Positions 58,190-64,000 of a DNA stretch of 64,000 nt are shown here, in pieces (the stretch's first letter is position 1; every line of letters starts with the position of its first letter). Under the pieces are notes generated by a model. That model searched no databases. It was not told the DNA's origin and saw only the letters and a program-made list of their open reading frames with translations. A program made the position numbers and the translations under genes. Source of the DNA: a virus; the IMG/VR virus record IMGVR_UViG_3300028534_000015, positions 3 through 64,002 of that record. One strand, written 5' to 3'.

Positions 58190-59635
58190 CTAAGCTCCTA
58201 ATAAAGTAAATTTTTCATGGTGTTTATGTAAGTCATTTTCTGACGCTTCTTCCAACTCTTTCATAAGTCTTGTATATGTGAATGAATCAATATTCCACGG
58301 CATAATGTTAGACAAGAGAGCCATGGTTTTTCTGTCTCCTATATAGAGCTCAATAATCTCTTCTAGGTATTCTATATTAGATATCATCTCTCTCTTTGTT
58401 TTTCTGTCAATATTAGATTCACGCAACTGCCTGATTAAATCAAATTTTAGTCTTTTTGCTCTTTGCATAAAGATATCATATGTCATTTGTTCGTGGTCAT
58501 TTTCTTGTGTAGTTAAAGTTATCGCTGTCGATATAAAAGTAAAAACAGCAATAACGGACGATACTGTAAGCGCAATTAAAGGCATAAAAGTCATGATTAG
58601 AATAAGAAAGAAGTATACAACAAAAATAACAAATGATGTTGTAAGTGCAAAAGATAAACCAGGTTGTCTATCAGCATAGAAAGTATTGATTTTATGTAAA
58701 CCTGAAATTATATCTTTACCAACACCAAATCGTGACGCGAACTGATCTGCTAGTTGTTCATTGTCAGATTTAAAGTAATTGTTATCCTCATTCATAATAT
58801 GAATAAGTCTTGAAGTAAGTGCTGTAAACATACTTACTGTGTCGCCCTCTTCATAAATCTCATTTCCTTGCGTATTTCTTAAAGTAAGCCTAAGCGCTTC
58901 TCTTGCATCTTTTTTACGAAGCGTGTCTGTAAAAGTTTTAACAAGTACAGTTACGTCCGCAAGTCTACGGTAATCGTTCCCCAATATTTCAAATTGATGT
59001 CCTATTTCATGTAAAAGGAATGCTGTGAATTCTCTAGGTGTTACATTAATATTTTTGAAATACGTAACAAAATCTGAAACGATAACTACTGTGGCGTCTT
59101 TTGGAAAGTTTTTAACTGTTGCTTTATCGTAATCGATTACTATTTTTCCGACATTGACAGCTTGTTTGATTTTCTTGGTTGCTTCCGAAAGATTAACCAT
59201 AATAGTTGCTTCATCTTCATACACATCAAAAATATCGTCAATATTCTTTAATTTACTCGTACAATCTTTTGACTTCTTACATGAGTCTGTGTATTGTTTA
59301 AGCCATTTGTAGACATCCTCTCGCATAGGATCTATCGCATTATTAAGTCCTGTTGACACTGTGTAAATTCCATAACCAAAATCACTTCCAACATGTTTGA
59401 ATGGAATTCCGAATCTTTTATGAAGAATGTTATCGACTTCTTTAAAAATATTCTTAACAGAAGTACGTTTCATAGCGGACATACTATCTTTATCGTCCAT
59501 TCTAATAACAGATTCCTGAAGTAACTCAAATTGTTTTGTGAGCTCGTCCACTACAGGATCATCTATTTGAGTTTTAATAGACTCTATGCCTGGAACAAGA
59601 TCATTGGTTTTTTTTAATAAATCATCTAAATACAT
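58190..59635 (-). CDS. Virion protein with zincin HExxH motif and transmembrane hairpin (phiKZ gp84-like)
   Basis: LLHEIGHQF, downstream NEQLADQFASRFG, long hydrophobic stretch FALTTSF...FISTAI, PGIES processing-like site. Confidence 0.7.
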   Translation of the reverse strand: MYLDDLLKKTNDLVPGIESIKTQIDDPVVDELTKQFELLQESVIRMDDKDSMSAMKRTSVKNIFKEVDNILHKRFGIPFKHVGSDFGYGIYTVSTGLNNAIDPMREDVYKWLKQYTDSCKKSKDCTSKLKNIDDIFDVYEDEATIMVNLSEATKKIKQAVNVGKIVIDYDKATVKNFPKDATVVIVSDFVTYFKNINVTPREFTAFLLHEIGHQFEILGNDYRRLADVTVLVKTFTDTLRKKDAREALRLTLRNTQGNEIYEEGDTVSMFTALTSRLIHIMNEDNNYFKSDNEQLADQFASRFGVGKDIISGLHKINTFYADRQPGLSFALTTSFVIFVVYFFLILIMTFMPLIALTVSSVIAVFTFISTAITLTTQENDHEQMTYDIFMQRAKRLKFDLIRQLRESNIDRKTKREMISNIEYLEEIIELYIGDRKTMALLSNIMPWNIDSFTYTRLMKELEEASENDLHKHHEKFTLLGA

Positions 59636-59659
59636 TTCTAACCTTTATTAATATTCAAT

Positions 59660-59810
59660 TAAACCAAAAAAAAACAATCAAATAAGAGCTGTCTTTTGAC
59701 AGCTCTTTTTATATTCCCTAATATTAACGTCCCGGGGTAGACGATAGCTGACAGAGATTAGGAGATAAACTCTATCAGTTATAGTAGTTTAGAATTAACT
59801 CTAAACTATA
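59660..59810 (-). ncRNA. Candidate early small RNA with anti-Shine-Dalgarno loop
   Basis: Early promoter motif at 59814-59828 points into an ORF-free segment with three hairpins and a terminator at 59684-59707; G-U wobbles favour the minus strand. Confidence 0.55.
59684..59707. terminator. Terminator hairpin closing the candidate sRNA
   Basis: aagagctgtc/gacagctctt 10-bp stem, T-rich tails on both strands. Confidence 0.7.
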
Positions 59811-59897
59811 ATAATAATATGTAAATAATAAAAATTGAAATGTCAAAAACATAAAATTACTTTTAACTTTTAAGGTGATAATGTATGAGGATAAACA

Positions 59898-61343
59898 ATG
59901 GGTAAAGAAGTAGAATGGATAGAACATAAATTCTCAAAATTTTTCACAACAAAAACTGGTAAAGATATGCATCTTGTAAAAGAGAGAATACACTATAAAG
60001 ATGGTTCATGGGAACCTAATCTAAAGTTTATTGAAGATTTTGAAAGACCATTTTGGGTAACAAAAAAGTTTCATAGAAACCATAAAGATAAAAAAGAGTA
60101 TGAAGATTATAATAAGTTAGATATTTTTTATTCAAAGGAGTCTGTGCTTCCTAATGAAATCGCAAGAAGAATAGGTCTAACAGGTTATAGAAAGAATAAC
60201 TATAGAGACATACTTAAGTCACCTTATGTTTATGGTTCTGATATACCGTCTACAACTATAATGTCTTATATGTATGCTAAAAAGAATGACGGTAGGGTTT
60301 CAAAATATAGTGTAGCAACATTTGATATTGAAGCAGATGTTATCACAAAAGAAATAACTATTGTTTCCACACATTACGAAGACAAACTTGTAATGGGTGT
60401 TAATAGACGTCTTTTTAGACATATGAAACAAAAGTTAACCGATGGTGAAATAAAAACTAAAATAGAAGAAACATATAGAAAACACGCACCGGATAAGTAT
60501 AAGAACATAAAGTTTTTAATACATATTGGTGACGAAGTATCTGCGATTAGGTATGTCTTCACATTTTTACATAAAGCTAAACCTGATTTTCTTGCCATAT
60601 GGAATATGGCTTACGATATCCCAACAATTGTTAAAAGACTTAATGAACACGGAATTCCTCCTGAAAGTATCTTCTGTGATCCAGATGTTCCTGATGATTA
60701 TAAAAGATTTAATTTTAAAGAAGGGCGTTCAAAAGCAAAGAAAGCTGACGGTCAAGTTATCAACATAGAAATACAAGACAGGTGGCATGTTGTTGATGTT
60801 ATTGCTTCTTTCTATATTATAGACGCTATGTGTGTTTATTCTATTGTTAGAGCAGGAGCACAGAAACTCAATGCTGGTTATGGAATAGATAATGTATGTA
60901 GAGAAGAAAAGGTTTCTACTAAAATGTTTATTCCAGGAACAATAGATCCTGACTCTGTATCAAAACCGCAATGGCATATTGAAATGTCTAGAGATTTTCC
61001 AATCGAATATTGTGCATACAACGCAAACGATAATACGATGATGACAGACCTATTAGAAAAGACATCCGATTTATCATTTAACTTACCTACACTAGCAGAC
61101 CATAGTAGTTTTGATTACTTTAACTCTTTGACTAGAAAAATCGCTGATAAGTTATTCGTAACTTTATTAGATGATAAGAAACAAAGGAGAGTGCTAGGTA
61201 ATAAACCTTACGTAGCGGATAAAGATGAACTACTCGGTAGGGACGACTGGATTATTACATTAGAAAGTTCAAGGATTGTTGAAGAAGAAAAAGATATATT
61301 TATGGAAGAAAGAAAAATAAAAAAAAATGCGATATCATTATGA
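59898..61343 (+). CDS. Split family-B DNA polymerase, 3'-5' exonuclease subunit (phiKZ gp82-like), C-terminus appears short
   Basis: ATFDIEAD (ExoI), IWNMAYDI (ExoII), YNANDN (ExoIII); no DxxSxYP motif before the stop. Confidence 0.85.
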   Translation: MGKEVEWIEHKFSKFFTTKTGKDMHLVKERIHYKDGSWEPNLKFIEDFERPFWVTKKFHRNHKDKKEYEDYNKLDIFYSKESVLPNEIARRIGLTGYRKNNYRDILKSPYVYGSDIPSTTIMSYMYAKKNDGRVSKYSVATFDIEADVITKEITIVSTHYEDKLVMGVNRRLFRHMKQKLTDGEIKTKIEETYRKHAPDKYKNIKFLIHIGDEVSAIRYVFTFLHKAKPDFLAIWNMAYDIPTIVKRLNEHGIPPESIFCDPDVPDDYKRFNFKEGRSKAKKADGQVINIEIQDRWHVVDVIASFYIIDAMCVYSIVRAGAQKLNAGYGIDNVCREEKVSTKMFIPGTIDPDSVSKPQWHIEMSRDFPIEYCAYNANDNTMMTDLLEKTSDLSFNLPTLADHSSFDYFNSLTRKIADKLFVTLLDDKKQRRVLGNKPYVADKDELLGRDDWIITLESSRIVEEEKDIFMEERKIKKNAISL

Positions 61344-63761
61344 TATTGACGCAACTTTATTATATTCTTTTATCTCACTCATAAACATATTGTCTTTTGA
61401 CAATATAGTAATATCACTATCATACAGAACAAACATATCCTGTTCATGTGAGATAATGAAAATCTGATTAAACTCTTCAGATAGATTTTTAACTATCTCA
61501 TGTGCTTTTTGTTTATGAACAGGATCAAACTTGCTACCGAACTCGTCTAAAAACAATGGATATTCTTTTAATCCTAAAAAATGCATTACTATAATTCTAT
61601 GTGCTAAATCGATTACTTCTTTCATTCCGGATGATGTTATTTTTATATCTTCAATAGGATCATTTATATTATTTTCAACAACGACTTTGAATTTATAGTC
61701 TAGATCGTTTCCGTCTTCAATGTCTGGTAATTGAAGTTTCATATCATAACTCCATATGTTAGAGATTACGGTATTAATACTTTTAACGAAAACTCCTAAA
61801 AAAGACAACATGCTTTTTGCGATAAGTCCTTCTGTTGGACTTAGGGTTTTAATAAGAATTCTTAAAATTTCTATTCTTTTTAATAATCTATCTTTTTCTG
61901 TTTGTAGATCATTTATTAATCCGTCGGCGTATTTTGCGTCATATATACTTTTTTCAAGAGTAAGTTTTTTATCTTCTAGCTCTTTTATAAAACCAAGTAA
62001 TAGTTTATTTCTCTCATACATACGATTTCTATGATAGTTATTTCCTAGTTTAGATAGCTCTAATTCAACGTTAGTATATGATTGTGATAAATCCTTCTCT
62101 ACCTTAAGTTTACGTTTGTATAGGTCAATCTCCGAGGTTATGCGGTATTTTTTATCATACAAATCATTAACTGTATTCTCTAAAGACTTTTTGTCTTGTG
62201 TCTGCAGTCTAGTTTTAAGTGTGTCTATATATGTTTTTACTTTTTTCTCTTCATTTATCAAAGACTCATAACTGTGCTCAAAATTTAAGTCAGCGGATAA
62301 GGTATTTAAAAAGTCCTTTGCTTTAAAAACATCAGTAGGAAAACTAAGTTCTTGAAAATAAGGTAGAAATACTTTTAATTCATTTTTACTAAAAAATGTC
62401 TGATAGAATAATTGGATTTTGTTATGACAATCAGTCAGTGACATTAAGCTATCTTTTAATTCTGTTATTTCTTTTTCGATGTTCCCAATATCATTTTCTA
62501 TATTTGACAAATCTTTAGAAAGTTCATCGTATCTTTTTTTGTCAAAACCTTCTATCCACGTATGTGAGCATTTAGGACACTGTGTTTCTTTTTTATTTTT
62601 AAGAATATCTAATTTCTGAAATTCTAAAGTTAACTTTTTGTGTGTTCTTTTTAAGTCATTATATCTTTCTGTTAACTTATAGAGTTTTCTTTCTGTTAAA
62701 TCTTTTTGATAATTGATATCGTCAATTTTATCAAACAACATAATATCGTCTAGTAAATTAAATAATTTAAACTCTATAGATTTAAAAGCATGTTTAATAG
62801 AACTAAGTTGATATACGCCTATTCCTATTTTATCAGAAATTATTTGAAGTTTTGTTTTCTCTTTTTGTAGTTCTTCTAATTTATGCTCTAACTCACTTAT
62901 ACTTCCATCAGCTACTTTTTCTAACTCTTCTATTTGTTTTAATGTTGTTTTAATTCTTTCGTCAATAAATCCTAATTCTCTTTGCAACTTATTAAACTCT
63001 TCTTCGGAAATTGTTTTAATGTCACTTAGTGTTTTAAAATCTTTAAGACTTTTTAAAAGTTTTGTATTTAGAACTTTTAATTCATCTGTACTAATCTCAA
63101 CACGTTTTGTGTAACCTGTTCCTAGAGATCTTGTAATGTTTCTAATAAAACCAGAAATAATATAAAGTTCTTCTTCCATACTTTTTAAAACTTCACTAGA
63201 ACATTTTGAGTCTTTAACAGATGTGATTTTAGTATCAAGTATTTTAACTCCGCCTAATAAGTCTCTATACTCTGTTGTTATTCTTTTAAAAACTTCTAAA
63301 GGATATTTATAATCTACTGTTGAGATGTAACTTAACCACTGTTTACGTTCACCTATAGGCATAGATGTGAAAGGTCTAACATTTGTAAGTACTTCATGGA
63401 TCATAGGTGTTATGCCAAAAATATCTTTACATAAAATAAGCTGTACCTTTTTTGTTCCACCAGGATTAAGTTCTTTTCCATCTTCTATAAAAGAATGTTT
63501 ATTTCTACCTAACCTACCGCCAGATAATAAGGTATATGGTTTACCATTGTGAATGCAGTGAAATTCCTTATACCCGTTTTCACCATAGTCTTTTGTTATA
63601 TTTGCTGGTAATGGCGATAGTTCAGCCATAACAGAACTTTTACCGCTACCATTTGTTCCTGCTATAATTTGTATAGGTTTAATAGGTGTATAGTTAAATG
63701 TAGTTATATTTGTTAACATAAGTCTTTTATATTTATCCAAAACAATCTTAAGAATTCTCAT
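61338..63761 (-). CDS. sbcC: SbcC/Rad50-like SMC-family ATPase
   Basis: GTNGSGKS Walker A, coiled coils with CPKC zinc hook, TSSGM signature, LFLDEFG Walker B, ISH. Confidence 0.92.
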   Translation of the reverse strand: MRILKIVLDKYKRLMLTNITTFNYTPIKPIQIIAGTNGSGKSSVMAELSPLPANITKDYGENGYKEFHCIHNGKPYTLLSGGRLGRNKHSFIEDGKELNPGGTKKVQLILCKDIFGITPMIHEVLTNVRPFTSMPIGERKQWLSYISTVDYKYPLEVFKRITTEYRDLLGGVKILDTKITSVKDSKCSSEVLKSMEEELYIISGFIRNITRSLGTGYTKRVEISTDELKVLNTKLLKSLKDFKTLSDIKTISEEEFNKLQRELGFIDERIKTTLKQIEELEKVADGSISELEHKLEELQKEKTKLQIISDKIGIGVYQLSSIKHAFKSIEFKLFNLLDDIMLFDKIDDINYQKDLTERKLYKLTERYNDLKRTHKKLTLEFQKLDILKNKKETQCPKCSHTWIEGFDKKRYDELSKDLSNIENDIGNIEKEITELKDSLMSLTDCHNKIQLFYQTFFSKNELKVFLPYFQELSFPTDVFKAKDFLNTLSADLNFEHSYESLINEEKKVKTYIDTLKTRLQTQDKKSLENTVNDLYDKKYRITSEIDLYKRKLKVEKDLSQSYTNVELELSKLGNNYHRNRMYERNKLLLGFIKELEDKKLTLEKSIYDAKYADGLINDLQTEKDRLLKRIEILRILIKTLSPTEGLIAKSMLSFLGVFVKSINTVISNIWSYDMKLQLPDIEDGNDLDYKFKVVVENNINDPIEDIKITSSGMKEVIDLAHRIIVMHFLGLKEYPLFLDEFGSKFDPVHKQKAHEIVKNLSEEFNQIFIISHEQDMFVLYDSDITILSKDNMFMSEIKEYNKVASIS

Positions 63762-63809
63762 AGTATCTCACTTGTCTAAAAATCATAAAAAATAGAAGAG
63801 GTCAAAAAT

Positions 63810-63837
63810 ATATCAGAGTGCCTACGCACTCTGATAT
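63810..63837 (-). terminator. Terminator of partial gene at the right edge
   Basis: atatcagagtgc/gcactctgatat 12-bp stem. Confidence 0.7.
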
Positions 63838-63999
63838 TTAGATAGTCTCAAGAAGTTTGATAATTTCTTGATTCCCGTTAACAAACGAGTTTCTGCTAAG
63901 TGCAGTAACATCTTGTTTATTACCCTTAGCATTTTCAAGAATAAATGTTACAAGTTGCAACCAATCTTTTGTAGTTTGGTTTTGAACATTTCCTACAAT
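63838..63999 (-). CDS. 3' end of a gene running in from beyond the window (...KDWLQLVTFILENAKG...KLLETI*)
   Basis: Open frame to the window edge, ending TAA at 63838-63840 followed by a terminator. Confidence 0.6.
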   Translation of the reverse strand: MVGNVQNQTTKDWLQLVTFILENAKGNKQDVTALSRNSFVNGNQEIIKLLETI

Positions 64000-64000
64000 A

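Noticed and set aside
629-63552. Numerous 60-155 aa ORFs in the supplied track lying antisense to, or nested in, long genes (e.g. 629..910, 4311..4529, 33834..34157, 48622..48963, 49292..49759, 53930..54412, 61756..62034)
   Set aside because: They are shadows of well-supported genes on the other strand or frame; they lack SD sites and show the Ser/Leu/Phe-rich composition expected from antisense reading
1-64000. Stop-codon reassignment (seen in some large phages)
   Set aside because: Core genes are full length under the standard code, and TAA, TAG and TGA all terminate genes at sensible positions

Overview
AT-rich (roughly 30% GC by eye), densely coding segment of a phiKZ-like jumbo phage (Chimalliviridae-type, probably nucleus-forming). 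No host chromosomal genes, tRNAs, rRNAs, CRISPR arrays, introns or IS elements were recognised. Left to right it holds: nucleotide metabolism (NrdA of Campylobacterota type, dCMP deaminase); a lysis cluster; tail fibre and receptor-binding genes, including an RCC1-repeat protein; a 1.4-kb non-coding region (origin-like palindromes plus a hairpin-dense ncRNA candidate); accessory early genes behind a repeated promoter/hairpin-leader cassette; one half of the split family-B DNA polymerase; two SF2 helicases; the non-virion RNA polymerase block (beta' C, beta C, gp70-like, PicA/gp69-like, gp68-like); an SbcD-like nuclease; a block of virion head and baseplate genes; the exonuclease half of the DNA polymerase; and an SbcC-like ATPase. 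The most notable candidates are an ORF-free early small RNA that displays an anti-Shine-Dalgarno loop (59660-59810), a repeated early leader with covarying hairpins, a large structured non-coding locus, an apparently truncated PolB subunit, and a +1 frameshift in a TraB/GumN gene. All family assignments come from motifs read by eye and recalled phiKZ synteny; no database search was run.
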